From Thermomicrobiales bacterium (lineage in GTDB: Bacteria > Chloroflexota > Chloroflexia > Thermomicrobiales > UBA6265), in assembly GCA_039809985.1 (NCBI GenBank), contig JBDHWC010000002.1, positions 21,917 through 85,916 of the forward strand: DNA of 64,000 nt, in the 5' to 3' direction. The notes under the pieces were generated by a model, which was not told where the DNA came from, made no database searches, and saw nothing but the letters and a program-made list of their open reading frames with translations. Positions within the stretch are counted from its first letter, which is position 1, and the number at the start of each line of letters is the position of its first letter. The position numbers and the translations under genes are program-made. This document shows, piece by piece, positions 49,595-59,688 of the stretch.

Positions 49595-50377
49595 CTACTG
49601 AATCAGGGTCCAGGCGGCCGTCAGCAGCAAGCCGGCCATCCCGACTTGCAGCGGCCGTCGCGGCACCCAGTTGGCGAGGCGACTGCCGATCAGCACCCCG
49701 GGGATCGAGCCGATCAGCAACCGGCCGGCGATCCCGATCTGAACGTCCTGCATGAAGAACTGGTGGGCGAGCGCGCCCGCCGTGACGAGAACGAAGGCGT
49801 GGGCGATGTCCGTGCCGACCATCTTCGCCGGGGCCAGGGAGACCACCATCACCAGCAGGGCGATGATCAGGCTGCCGCTGCCGATCGAGGTCAGGCCGAC
49901 GAGGAAGCCGCCGAAGACGCCGATCGCGATGACCCTGCCGGTCGGCATGCTCTTGAGGTCGAACTCGGTGCTCGCGGTGACGCTCTTGGTGCCGACCAGC
50001 ACGCGGCGGATCATCATCACCGCGGCGATCACCAGCATCACCCCGATCAGCTGCTTCAGCCGGTGCTCGACCTCGGCCGAGGTATTGGCGGTGTGCAGGC
50101 GCGAGAGGATGCCGACCGCGACGACGGTCGCCGGCACGCTGCCGATCGCGAGCGCGCGGACCACCCGCCACTCGACCGTGCCCTGCCGCCCGTGCTGCCA
50201 CGTGCCGGCCAGTTTGGTCAGCGCCGAGTAGGCCAGGTCGGTGCCGACCGCTCCGGTCGGCGGCAGGCCGAGCAAGAGGAGCAAGGGGGTCATCAGGACG
50301 CCGCCGCCGATGCCGGTCAGGCCGATCAGCATGCCGACGATCAGGCCCGAGATCGGCAGCAGCAGGTCGTTGCTCAT
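49595..50377 (-). CDS. TauE/SafE-family sulfite/sulfate transporter
   Basis: GLTGIGGGVLMTP, AVGTDL, GLTSIGSGSL, VGTDIAHA. Confidence 0.92.
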   Translation of the reverse strand: MSNDLLLPISGLIVGMLIGLTGIGGGVLMTPLLLLLGLPPTGAVGTDLAYSALTKLAGTWQHGRQGTVEWRVVRALAIGSVPATVVAVGILSRLHTANTSAEVEHRLKQLIGVMLVIAAVMMIRRVLVGTKSVTASTEFDLKSMPTGRVIAIGVFGGFLVGLTSIGSGSLIIALLVMVVSLAPAKMVGTDIAHAFVLVTAGALAHQFFMQDVQIGIAGRLLIGSIPGVLIGSRLANWVPRRPLQVGMAGLLLTAAWTLIQ

Positions 50378-50443
50378 GGTTGGTCGTCCCCTCCGGCGGA
50401 CCGCGAGACCTGCCTCGCCGCCGCCATCCCCTGCCCCGACCGG

Positions 50444-50471
50444 AATCCCCACCAAATCGGTAGCCAATATA
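50444..50471 (-). promoter_or_regulatory. candidate -10 box and imperfect palindromic operator upstream of tauE-sat
   Basis: Minus strand TATATT overlapping ATTGGCTACCGATTTGGTGGGGATT, in an AT-enriched patch. Confidence 0.35.
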
Positions 50472-50547
50472 GAATCTCACGGAATTCCCGTGGACGCAAC
50501 CCTCTGATACGGCGTACGTACACCAACCGTCCGGCAGGCGGGAACGA

Positions 50548-52935
50548 TCAAGCCTCGCGCATCAGCGCCACCGTCGCCCCGTCGCCGCCCTGCTCCGGCG
50601 GGGCGAGCTCGTGCTCGGCCACGCCCGGGTGCTGCCGCAGCACGTCGCGCACGACCTGACGCAGCGTGCCCGTCCCCTTGCCGTGGATGATCCGGACGAA
50701 CGGCAGCCCGGACTCGTACGCCTCGTCGAGGTACTGGTCGAGCATCTCGACCACCTCCGCCGCCCGGTAGCCGCGCAGGTCGAGTTCGACCGCCGGCACC
50801 GCCCGGCTCGCCGCCCGCACCGTCACCCGTTCCTGCGGCGCGGCCTGCGCCCGTCCGAGCCGTTCCAGCGCCTCGACCGGCTGTCGCGTCTTGAGCGAGC
50901 CCATCTGGACGTCGGCGATCCCGTCCGAGACTGCCAGAACCTCCCCCTCCAGCCCGAACGCGGCCACTCGCACCCGGTCGCCCACGGCGACCGCCCGGCC
51001 ACCCGCCGGCAGGGCCGGCTTGCCGAGGCGCTCGCGGCGGAACGTGCGCACGCGGTCGCTGGCTCGTGTCACTTCCTGGCGGCGCTGCTCCAAGTGCTCG
51101 CGCGTCGCGGCCACCGTGTCCCGATCCCGCTGCAGGCGCTTCAGCGTCTCGCGCACTTCGGCCAGTTCAGCCTCGGCCTCGGCGAGCGCCTGCTCACGCG
51201 CCTCCATCCGCTGCAACTCGGCGTCGCGCACCGCGCGGGCGGCCACCCGCCGCAGTTGCCGCGTGTCCTGCTCGGTCTGCCGGGCCCGGGCCAGGGCGGC
51301 ATCGGCCTCCTCCCGCCGGGCCCGGATGTCGAGCAGCAGCGACTCGGCCCGGACCTCGTCCGGATCGACCAGACCGGACGCCGCCTCGATGATCGACTCC
51401 GGCATGCCGAGCCGCCGGGCGATCGCCAGCGCGTTCGACCGCCCCGGCACCCCGACCATCAGGCGATAGGTCGGCGCGAGCGTCTGGACGTCGAACTCGA
51501 CGCTCGCGTTCTCGACCCCCGGTGTGGCGTAGGCGTAGGCCTTCACTTCCGAATAGTGGGTCGTCGCGATCACGAGCGGCCCGCGTTCCAGCAGGGCGGA
51601 GATCAGCGCGCGGGCGAGCGCCGACCCCTCCTGCGGGTCGGTGCCTGCACCGAGTTCGTCGAGGAGGACGAGGCTCTCGCCGGTCACCTCCTGCAGCATC
51701 CCGATCACGGTCCGCATGTGCGCTGAGAAGGTCGAAAGGCTCTGGGCGATGCTCTGCTCGTCCCCGATGTCGGCAAAGATCGACGGCACCACCGAGACGA
51801 CGGTGGCGTCGTCGGCCGGCAGGAAGAGTCCGGTCTGGGCCATCACCGTCAGCAGGCCGACCGTCTTCAGGGCCACCGTCTTGCCGCCCGTGTTCGGGCC
51901 GGTGATCAGCAAGACCCGGAACCGTTCGCCAATCTCGAGGTTGGTCGGGACCACCGTCGCCGGGTCGAGCAGCGGATGCCGCGCCCGGACCAGCCGGATC
52001 ACGTGCGTCGGGTGGCCGTTCGGGTCAGGCGCGGCGGCCGGGTCGTGCAGACGAGGCCGGCTGGCTCGCATCGCGAACGCCAGACGGGCCTTGGCCATCG
52101 CCAAGTCGAACCGGGCCACCGCCTCGACCATCGCCCGCAGGGCGTCGGCCTTCGCCCCGACGGCCGCGCTCAACGCGTCGAGGATGCGGTCGACCTCGTG
52201 CTGCTCCTCAAGTTGCCGCTCGCGCCATTTGTTGTTCAGTTCGACGATCTCGAACGGCTCGACGAAGATCGTCTGGCCGCTGGCCGAGGTGTCGTGAACC
52301 ACGCCCGGCACCGCGGCCCGCGCCTCGGCCCGCACCGGCACCACGTAGCGACCGTCGCGCGAGGTCACGATCGTGTCCTGCAGCGCCGTGGCGTACTTGC
52401 CACCGGTGACCAGCGCGTTGAGCCGCTCCGCCAGCCGCGACTGGGCCACGCGCACCTCGCGCCGGATGTGGGCCAGGGAAGGGCTCGCCGTGTCGAGCAC
52501 GTCGCCCCGCGGTCCGATCGAGCGGCCGATGTCGGTCTCGAGGTTCGTCTGCTCGATGATCCCCTCAATGTGCCGGGCCAGTTCGGGGAACCGGTCGTCG
52601 ACCCCCGGCAGACGCAGGAAGCCGCGGCGCAGGTTGCGCGACGCCGCCAGCATGTCCTGCACGAGCTGCAAGTCGCTCGGCTGCAGCCGCGCCCCCTTCT
52701 CGGCCCGCTCGGCCAAGCCGCGGACGTCGCGCGCGCCGCCGATCCCGACTTCCGGGAAGGTCGTCAGCAGGTCGACCGCCTCGGCCGTCACGTCGAGTGA
52801 GCGGGCAACCAGAGAGCGCTCGTCGTCCGGGCGCAGCGTCAGCGCCCGCTCGGCGGCGACGCTGAACTGGCACTCCCGCGACAGCCGCTGGAGCACCTCG
52901 AAGAACTCGAGCTTGGCAAGGACATGGTCGTTCAT
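50548..52935 (-). CDS. mutS2: endonuclease/ribosome-rescue ATPase MutS2
   Basis: ITGPNTGGKT, DIGDEQSIAQSLSTFS, DELGAGTDP, TTHY; Smr domain LDLRG..IIHGKGTG. Confidence 0.97.
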   Translation of the reverse strand: MNDHVLAKLEFFEVLQRLSRECQFSVAAERALTLRPDDERSLVARSLDVTAEAVDLLTTFPEVGIGGARDVRGLAERAEKGARLQPSDLQLVQDMLAASRNLRRGFLRLPGVDDRFPELARHIEGIIEQTNLETDIGRSIGPRGDVLDTASPSLAHIRREVRVAQSRLAERLNALVTGGKYATALQDTIVTSRDGRYVVPVRAEARAAVPGVVHDTSASGQTIFVEPFEIVELNNKWRERQLEEQHEVDRILDALSAAVGAKADALRAMVEAVARFDLAMAKARLAFAMRASRPRLHDPAAAPDPNGHPTHVIRLVRARHPLLDPATVVPTNLEIGERFRVLLITGPNTGGKTVALKTVGLLTVMAQTGLFLPADDATVVSVVPSIFADIGDEQSIAQSLSTFSAHMRTVIGMLQEVTGESLVLLDELGAGTDPQEGSALARALISALLERGPLVIATTHYSEVKAYAYATPGVENASVEFDVQTLAPTYRLMVGVPGRSNALAIARRLGMPESIIEAASGLVDPDEVRAESLLLDIRARREEADAALARARQTEQDTRQLRRVAARAVRDAELQRMEAREQALAEAEAELAEVRETLKRLQRDRDTVAATREHLEQRRQEVTRASDRVRTFRRERLGKPALPAGGRAVAVGDRVRVAAFGLEGEVLAVSDGIADVQMGSLKTRQPVEALERLGRAQAAPQERVTVRAASRAVPAVELDLRGYRAAEVVEMLDQYLDEAYESGLPFVRIIHGKGTGTLRQVVRDVLRQHPGVAEHELAPPEQGGDGATVALMREA

Positions 52936-53060
52936 CGGAGGCCACTCGCAACCGGTGCAAGACGACGACGGTCAACATCGCGAGCCGGGACGCGCCCGCT
53001 GCGGCCCGGAAGTGTACTCGCGACGCGAGCCGACACCGACCGGCAAGTCCTGGTCCCCGG

Positions 53061-53090
53061 TTGACACGAACATGTGTTCGTTCCTATACT
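53061..53090 (+). promoter_or_regulatory. lexA promoter with SOS box (CGAAC-N4-GTTCG at 53067-53080)
   Basis: TTGACA-CGAACATGTGTTCG-TTCC-TATACT: palindromic box in the 18-nt spacer. Confidence 0.88.
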
Positions 53091-53168
53091 CGGGCCAACG
53101 CGCGTTGGGGATGCCGCACGCGGATTGGCCCGCACCGGTCTGCATCCCGGCACAAACGTGAGGGTCAC

Positions 53169-53813
53169 ATGAAAGACATCTCCCACCGCCAGCGCGAGAT
53201 GCTCACCTTCATCGAGCGCTTCATCGAAGACAACCACTACCCGCCGACGATCCGCGACATCCAGAGCGAGCTCGGGATCACCTCGACCAGCGTCGTCGAC
53301 TACAACCTGAAGGGGCTCGAGCAACGGGGGCTCATCCGGCGCAACGGCAAGATCTCCCGCGGCATCGAAGTGGTCGGGCTCTCCGGCGGTCGCCGCAGCG
53401 TCGTCCAGATCCCGGTCATCGGCCAGATCGCCGCCGGTCTGCCGATCCCGGTGCCGGGGGACCTCGAGGGCGCGGAGTCGGCCGACAAGGTCGAGCTCGG
53501 CAGCGACCTCGTCCCGGACCGGACCGACAACCTCTTCGCCCTGCGCGTCAAGGGACTCTCGATGATCGACGCCCTGATCAACGACGGCGACGTCGTCGTC
53601 CTCCGCCGCCAGGAGACCTGCGAGAACGGCGAGACCGTCGCGGTCTGGCTGAAGGACGAGCGGGAGACGACCCTCAAGAAGTTCTACCTTGAGGGGGACC
53701 GGGTCCGACTCCAGCCCGCCAACACGACGATGGAACCGATCTACACTGCCGCCGAGAACGTCGAGATCCAAGGCCGGCTCGTCACGGTGGTGCGACCCGT
53801 TCAGTCCTTCTGA
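53169..53813 (+). CDS. lexA: SOS repressor LexA
   Basis: YPPTIRDI..STSVVDYNL HTH; IAAG cleavage site; GLSMIDALINDGD (Ser); TLKKF (Lys). Confidence 0.97.
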   Translation: MKDISHRQREMLTFIERFIEDNHYPPTIRDIQSELGITSTSVVDYNLKGLEQRGLIRRNGKISRGIEVVGLSGGRRSVVQIPVIGQIAAGLPIPVPGDLEGAESADKVELGSDLVPDRTDNLFALRVKGLSMIDALINDGDVVVLRRQETCENGETVAVWLKDERETTLKKFYLEGDRVRLQPANTTMEPIYTAAENVEIQGRLVTVVRPVQSF

Positions 53814-53837
53814 CCGCACCCAACCAGCCTGCGAGCC

Positions 53838-53874
53838 GCATCGCCCCGTCGCCCTTCGGCTGACGGGGCGATGC
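53838..53874 (+). terminator. stem-loop after lexA, followed by an extended -10-like TGCTATACT
   Basis: GCATCGCCCCGTC..GACGGGGCGATGC, then TATACT at 53875-53880. Confidence 0.55.
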
Positions 53875-53923
53875 TATACTCCTGCTCGGCCGTGGCTCGG
53901 GCCCGGACGCCCTTCGAGAGGGA

Positions 53924-54508
53924 GTGCAGGGTTTGGAAACCGCGCTGCTGACCGGGCTCGGCCTCGCTGCGCCCGCCGGTCTCAACGCCTACATCCCGCT
54001 CCTCGTCCTCGCGCTGGCCGCGCGCGTCACCGACCAAGTCAGCCTCACCCCCCCCTACGACGTGCTCACCTCGACTCCGGTGATCATCCTCCTCCTCGTG
54101 CTGCTGACGATCGAGGTGGTCGCCGACAAGGTGCCGGGGGTGGACCACGCCAACGACCTCGTTCAGACCATCGTCCGCCCCGCGGCGGGAGCGATCCTGG
54201 TGCTGGCGACCACCGGTGCCGTTCACGTCAGCCCGGCGATCGCGGTCCCGCTCGGCATCCTGACTGCCGGCACCGTCCACGCCGCGAAGGCCACCGCCCG
54301 CCCGGCGGTGACGATCGGGTCGGCCGGCATGTTCAACCCGCTGGTCAGCGTCGGGGAGGACATGCTGGCGACCATCGCGTCGGTCGCGGCGATCTGGATG
54401 CCGTTGCTCGTGCTCCTCTTCCTCCTGATCTTCGTCGTCTTCGTCGCCTGGGCCGTCAGCCGGAAAGCGGCCGGGCGGGCGGCCCGCAGCGGGCCTTCGC
54501 GCTCCTAG
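53924..54508 (+). CDS. DUF4126-family membrane protein
   Basis: GLAAPAGLNAYIPLL, EVVADKVPGVDHAND..RPAAGA, NPLVSVGED. Confidence 0.88.
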   Translation: MQGLETALLTGLGLAAPAGLNAYIPLLVLALAARVTDQVSLTPPYDVLTSTPVIILLLVLLTIEVVADKVPGVDHANDLVQTIVRPAAGAILVLATTGAVHVSPAIAVPLGILTAGTVHAAKATARPAVTIGSAGMFNPLVSVGEDMLATIASVAAIWMPLLVLLFLLIFVVFVAWAVSRKAAGRAARSGPSRS

Positions 54509-54556
54509 CGAACCTGACCAAGGCCGGCGGCGGTCGCGCCGAGGCCGGAGCATTTC

Positions 54557-55660
54557 ATGGCGGGCGTCACGTTCAAGGACTACTACCAAGCGCTCGGGGT
54601 GCCACGCACCGCCGACGAGAAGGCGATCCGGACCGCGTACCGGAAACTCGCCCGCGAACACCACCCCGACCTCAATCCCGGCAAGAAGGAGGCCGAGGAG
54701 CGCTTCAAGGAGATCAACGAGGCCTACGAAGTGCTCTCGGACGCGGACAAGCGCAAGCTGTACGACCGCTTCGGGGAAGACTGGCAACGCTACCGCGACG
54801 CCGGTTTCACCGGCGACGAGGCCGACGTCCCGACCGGGTCCACCGGTCGCGCCCGGCGCGACGACGCTGACTTCGGCTCCTGGTTCTCCGGCCAGTCCGG
54901 CGGCGGCGGCCAGTGGTCGACCTTCAGTTCCGGCGGCGACGGCGACAACGAGGGGTTCTCCGACTTCTTCCAGACGCTCTTCGGCTCGCGGGCGGGAGGC
55001 ACCAGCGGCATGGGCGGCACCCGGACCCGCGCGCAGCCCCGGCCCCGCCGCGGCGAGGACCTCGAGGTCCCGGTCGACGTCACCTTCGACGAGGCGTTTC
55101 GCGGCACCTCCCGCCACCTGCAGCTGCAGGTGCCCGAGACCTGCGCCACCTGCGGCGGCTCCGGCATCGTCCGTGGCGCGGAGTGCCCGACCTGCGACGG
55201 CACCGGGCAGGTCATGCGTCTCAAGACCCTGGAAGTCACGATTCCGGCCGGGGTCGCCACCGGCTCCCGCGTCCGTGTCGCCGGCCAAGGCGGACCCGGA
55301 TTGAACGGCGGCCCGAACGGCGACGTCTACCTGCTGGTCACCGTCCGGCCCGACCGCCGATTCGAGCGCGACGGGGACAACCTCCATGTCGACGTCGACG
55401 TACCGGTGACCACTGCCGCCCTCGGCGGCGAGTCGCTGGTGACGACGCCGACCGGCCGGGTTGCGCTCACGATCCCGGCCGAGACCCAGTCGGGCCGCGT
55501 CTTCCGCCTGCGCGGCCAGGGGATGCCGAAACTGCGCGGCAAGGGCGCACGCGGCGACCTTCTGGCCCGGGCCCGGGTGGTGATCCCGACCGGCCTCTCG
55601 GAGCGGGAGCGCGAGCTCTACCGCGAGCTGCGCGACCTGCGCCCGGAGAAGGGCTCATGA
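54557..55660 (+). CDS. DnaJ/CbpA-like J-domain co-chaperone with a half zinc finger
   Basis: KDYY..HPD..FKEINEAYEVLSD; G/F-rich region; CATCGGSG and CPTCDGTG; DnaJ C-terminal domain. Confidence 0.93.
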   Translation: MAGVTFKDYYQALGVPRTADEKAIRTAYRKLAREHHPDLNPGKKEAEERFKEINEAYEVLSDADKRKLYDRFGEDWQRYRDAGFTGDEADVPTGSTGRARRDDADFGSWFSGQSGGGGQWSTFSSGGDGDNEGFSDFFQTLFGSRAGGTSGMGGTRTRAQPRPRRGEDLEVPVDVTFDEAFRGTSRHLQLQVPETCATCGGSGIVRGAECPTCDGTGQVMRLKTLEVTIPAGVATGSRVRVAGQGGPGLNGGPNGDVYLLVTVRPDRRFERDGDNLHVDVDVPVTTAALGGESLVTTPTGRVALTIPAETQSGRVFRLRGQGMPKLRGKGARGDLLARARVVIPTGLSERERELYRELRDLRPEKGS

Positions 55661-56007
55661 TGCCGCACGACCAATCGATGGCCGCGGTCTCGATCGAGAT
55701 CGACCTCGACGAGAACCTGAGCCGCGAGCCCCGCTACGCCAGCACCGTCGTCGCCAGCCGCGTTGGCGTCCGAGTGCAGACACTGCGCCGCTACGAGTCG
55801 TACGGCCTGCTCGACCCGGTCCGCTCCAAGACCGGCTACCGGCTCTACTCCGAGTCGGACATCGCCCGCGTCCGCCGCATCCGTCGGCTGACCGACGACC
55901 TCGGCGTCAACCTCGCCGGCGTCGCGGCGATCCTCCACCTCCGGAACCAGCTGATCCTCAGCCAACGCGAGCTCGAGCGCTACCGGGAGCAAACCGGGCG
56001 CGACTGA
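55657..56007 (+). CDS. MerR-family HspR/CbpM-like regulator
   Basis: QTLRRYE..GLL..GYRLYSESDI..RRLTDDLGVNLAGV; start overlaps the J-protein stop (ATGA). Confidence 0.9.
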   Translation: MMPHDQSMAAVSIEIDLDENLSREPRYASTVVASRVGVRVQTLRRYESYGLLDPVRSKTGYRLYSESDIARVRRIRRLTDDLGVNLAGVAAILHLRNQLILSQRELERYREQTGRD

Positions 56008-56092
56008 CGCGCGGTCGGTGCGGTCGCGCGCCGTCGCTTTCCCGGCGACGGGGGGACGACGCGCCCGCACGGCCCGCCAGAGAGGAACCACG

Positions 56093-57397
56093 ATGCCGGC
56101 AACGATCGTGATGGGCGGCCAGTGGGGCGACGAGGGCAAGGGCAAGCTGACCGACGCCCTCGCCGGTCGCGCCGGAATGGTCGTCCGCGCCAACGGCGGC
56201 GCGAACGCGGGCCACACGGTCGAGACCGAGCAAGGCGTGTTCAAGCTCCACCTCGTCCCCTCCGGCATCCTCAACCCCGACTGCGTCTGCGTCGTCGGCG
56301 CGGGCGTCGTCGTCGAGCCGGCGGCGATCCTGCGGGAGATGGACGAGCTCGCCGGGCGCGGCATCTCGCTCGCCAACCTGCGCATCTCCGACCGGGCCCA
56401 CGTCGTAATGCCGTACCACCCGATGCTCGACCGCCTGGAGGAGGCGCAGCGGGCCGACGACGAGATCGGCACCACCCTCCGCGGCAACGGCCCCGCCTAC
56501 GCCGACAAGGCGGCCCGCCACGGCATCCGGATCGCCGACCTGCTCGACGAACCGACGCTCGCCCAGACCGTTGGCCGGGAGACTGCGCGCAAGAACAAGA
56601 TCCTGACCGGCGTCTTCGGCGCGCCGCCGATCGACGTGGACGCTCTCTGTCAGGAGTTCGCCGCGCTCGGCCAGCGACTCTGGCCCTACGTCGTCCCGTC
56701 CGAGCTGGTCGTCCAGGACGCGCTGGCAGACGGGCGTGAAGTCGTCGTCGAGTGCGCCCAAGGCGCGATGCTCGACGTCGACTACGGCACCTACCCGTAC
56801 GTCACCTCCTCCTCGCCGACCGCCGCCGGGGCCTGCCAGGGCTCGGGCGTCGCGCCAACGCAGGTCGAGCGGGTGATCGGCGTCTACAAGGCGTACAGCA
56901 CCCGGGTCGGCGGCGGCCCGCTGCCGACCGAACTGTTCGACGACGTCGGGCAGGAGATCCGCGAGCGCGGCCGAGAGTACGGCACCACCACCGGCCGACC
57001 GCGCCGCACCGGCTGGTTCGACGCGGTCGCCGCCCGCGCGGTCGCCCGCCAGAACGGCGTCACCGAGATCTGCCTCACCCTGCTCGACGTCTTCGACACC
57101 TTCGACGAAGTGCGCATCTGCACCGCCTACCGGCTCGGCGACCAGATCATCCGCCACGTCCCCGCCCGGCACGATGTGCTGGCGCAAATGGAGCCGGTCT
57201 ACGAGTCGTTCCCCGGCTGGCAGGCCAGCACCTGCGACGCTCGCCGCCCGGGAGACCTTCCGTCGGCCGCCCGCGCCTACGTCGCGGCGCTCGAGGCCGC
57301 GGTCGGCGCGCCGGTGTCGCTGGTCGGGGTCGGCCCGGGCCGCGAGCAACTGGTGCCGATGCGGGCCGACAGCGCGATCGGCCGCGCCGGGTCCTGA
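56093..57397 (+). CDS. purA: adenylosuccinate synthetase
   Basis: GGQWGDEGKGK, GGANAGHT, IGTTLRGNGPAYADK, YGTYPYVTSS, EYGTTTGRPRR. Confidence 0.97.
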   Translation: MPATIVMGGQWGDEGKGKLTDALAGRAGMVVRANGGANAGHTVETEQGVFKLHLVPSGILNPDCVCVVGAGVVVEPAAILREMDELAGRGISLANLRISDRAHVVMPYHPMLDRLEEAQRADDEIGTTLRGNGPAYADKAARHGIRIADLLDEPTLAQTVGRETARKNKILTGVFGAPPIDVDALCQEFAALGQRLWPYVVPSELVVQDALADGREVVVECAQGAMLDVDYGTYPYVTSSSPTAAGACQGSGVAPTQVERVIGVYKAYSTRVGGGPLPTELFDDVGQEIRERGREYGTTTGRPRRTGWFDAVAARAVARQNGVTEICLTLLDVFDTFDEVRICTAYRLGDQIIRHVPARHDVLAQMEPVYESFPGWQASTCDARRPGDLPSAARAYVAALEAAVGAPVSLVGVGPGREQLVPMRADSAIGRAGS

Positions 57398-57405
57398 CGG
57401 CGAAC

Positions 57406-58425
57406 TCACCCGCCGGGCTCGATGCCCCACAGTTCTCGCGTCTGCTCGCGCGCCATCAGCCGCCGCATGGCCTCGACCGGCGTCCGCTCGCCGGCGAGCA
57501 CCGCGGCGACCTGTGCCGCGATCGGCAGTTCCACGCCGTGGCGCTGGCCGAGGGCGACCGCGGCCGGAGCCGTCCAGACGCCTTCCGCCACTTGGCCGAG
57601 CATCGCCAGCGTCTCGGCCAGCGACCGTCCCTCGCCGAGGCCCAGCCCGACGCGACGATTGCGACTGAGCGGGCTGGCGCAGGTCGCCACGAGGTCGCCC
57701 AACCCGGACAGGCCGGCGAACGTCAGCGGGTTCCCGCCGCACGCTGCGCCAAGGCGGGTCATCTCCGCGAGGCCGCGCGTCACCAGCGCGGCCTTGGCGT
57801 TGTCGCCCATGCCGAGACCGTCACCGATGCCGGCGGCGATGGCGACCACGTTCTTCAGGCTGCCGCCGAGTTCCACCCCCACCGGGTCGTCGCTGGTGTA
57901 GATCCTGAACGCAGCCGACTGGAAGCACGCGGCCACCGCCGCCGCCGCCGCTCGGTCACGACTCGCCACCACGCTGGCCGCCGGTTGCCCGGCCGCGATC
58001 TCCCGCGCCAGGTTCGGCCCGGAGAGCGCCGCGACCACGACCCGGTCGACGGCGAGTTCCTCCTCCAGCACCGCGGTCATCCGCCGCAGGGTTCCCTGCT
58101 CGAGACCCTTCGCCACGCTGACCACCGCGCCACCCCGGAGCACCGGAGCGATTCGCCGCGCCGTTTCCCGCATCGCCCCGACCGGAACCGCGAGGACGAC
58201 CACGCCGGCACGCCCGACCGCTTCCTGCGCGTCGGCGACGATCTCGATCGACGGCGGCAGCGCGATACCGGGGAGGTAGCGTTCATTGACTCGTTGTTCG
58301 TGCATCCGCCGGGCGGAATCCGGGTCGCGGGCCACCAGCGTCACCGCGAAGCGGTTGCCGGCGGCGAGGACCGCCAGCGTCGTTCCCCACGAACCGGCAC
58401 CGACGACGGTGACCCGATCGCTCAT
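57406..58425 (-). CDS. gpsA: NAD(P)H-dependent glycerol-3-phosphate dehydrogenase
   Basis: GAGSWGT, KGLE, SGPNLA, LKNVVAIAAG, GLGDLVATC..SRNR, VAEG. Confidence 0.97.
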   Translation of the reverse strand: MSDRVTVVGAGSWGTTLAVLAAGNRFAVTLVARDPDSARRMHEQRVNERYLPGIALPPSIEIVADAQEAVGRAGVVVLAVPVGAMRETARRIAPVLRGGAVVSVAKGLEQGTLRRMTAVLEEELAVDRVVVAALSGPNLAREIAAGQPAASVVASRDRAAAAAVAACFQSAAFRIYTSDDPVGVELGGSLKNVVAIAAGIGDGLGMGDNAKAALVTRGLAEMTRLGAACGGNPLTFAGLSGLGDLVATCASPLSRNRRVGLGLGEGRSLAETLAMLGQVAEGVWTAPAAVALGQRHGVELPIAAQVAAVLAGERTPVEAMRRLMAREQTRELWGIEPGG

Positions 58426-58538
58426 CGGTCCCCTCCCGCGACCCGGCTCCCGGGATCGCCATTGACGCCGTGTGGGGTCGTCTCTAGACTCGCCCGACGG
58501 CCGGCCCGGTGGCCGTTGCCAGAGCGGGGAGGCGAACT

Positions 58539-59009
58539 GTGACCGGTCAGGACGGCACGACGCGTCGGGAACTCGACGCGACCGAGATCATGCGCATCAT
58601 CCCGCACCGGTACCCGTTCCTGCTCGTGGACCGCATCGTCGAACTCGAGCCGGGCAAGGGCGGCGTCGGCATCAAGAACGTCTCCATCGGCGAGCCCTTC
58701 TTCGCCGGCCACTTCCCCGCCTACCCGGTGATGCCCGGCGTGCTGGTGGTCGAGGCGCTGGCCCAAGTCGGCGCGGTCGCGATCTGCAGCGACGACGCCT
58801 TCAAGGGCAAGCTCGCCCTCTTCGCCGGCATCGACAACGTCCGCTTCAAGCGACAGGTGAAGCCGGGCGACACCCTCCGGCTCGCGGTCCAGCTGTCACA
58901 GTTGCGACGCGGTATCGGCATGGGCCACGGCGAGGCCACCGTCGACGGCGAACTGGCCTGCAAGGGCGACTTCATGTTCGCCGTGATCCCGGCCCCCGAA
59001 GGCATCTGA
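58539..59009 (+). CDS. fabZ: 3-hydroxyacyl-ACP dehydratase
   Basis: [44 protein letters not shown]. Confidence 0.96.
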   Translation: MTGQDGTTRRELDATEIMRIIPHRYPFLLVDRIVELEPGKGGVGIKNVSIGEPFFAGHFPAYPVMPGVLVVEALAQVGAVAICSDDAFKGKLALFAGIDNVRFKRQVKPGDTLRLAVQLSQLRRGIGMGHGEATVDGELACKGDFMFAVIPAPEGI

Positions 59010-59115
59010 CGGCGCGGTCACCAGCGGACGGGCATTCACGCCGCGCAGCCACTACCATTGGACGCGGACCGCCCGCGCCGAGGATGCGACGGGCCGCATG
59101 GAGGGATCGTCCCGG

Positions 59116-59640
59116 ATGGCGACGTCGCGCGTGCTCGGCCTGATCCTGACAGCGGCCGGCGTCATCCTCGGGGTGGCGATCGCCGCGTGGCTCCTCTCCG
59201 GGATGCGACAAGGCGACCTGAACTCCAGCGGCGCAATCTTCGGCGCGGTGCTCTCCTTCGGCGCGCTGGTTATCCCGCTGGTGGGCGGCGGCATCTTTCT
59301 GCTGGTTCGCGGCAAGGAGGAGCAAGAACGGCTCGACGCCGCCCAGCAGCAGCGCAAACTGCTCGACATCGTCACCACCCGCGGCGCGGTCTCGATTCCC
59401 GATCTCGTGCTCGAATTGGGCACCAGCCGGGACAATGTCCAGCAGGACCTCTACGGCCTCGTCGGCCGCGGTCTCTTCACGGGCTACGTCGACTGGAACC
59501 GCGGCATGCTCTATTCCGTCGAAGCATCGCAACTGCAAGGACGGCAGACCTGCCCGAACTGCGGCGGCAAGCTCGAGCTCGCCGGCAAGGGGCTCGTCAA
59601 GTGCCCCTTCTGCGGGGCCGAGATCTTCCTTCAGGGCTAG
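59116..59640 (+). CDS. membrane protein: 2 TM + winged-helix-like domain + zinc ribbon
   Basis: Two hydrophobic helices; RGAVSIPDLVLELG..LVGRGLFTGYVDW; CPNCGG..CPFCG. Confidence 0.8.
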   Translation: MATSRVLGLILTAAGVILGVAIAAWLLSGMRQGDLNSSGAIFGAVLSFGALVIPLVGGGIFLLVRGKEEQERLDAAQQQRKLLDIVTTRGAVSIPDLVLELGTSRDNVQQDLYGLVGRGLFTGYVDWNRGMLYSVEASQLQGRQTCPNCGGKLELAGKGLVKCPFCGAEIFLQG

Positions 59641-59688
59641 GCCCGAGACGTGCGACCCGGCGGCGACCGCCGGCACGACGGAGGAAAC

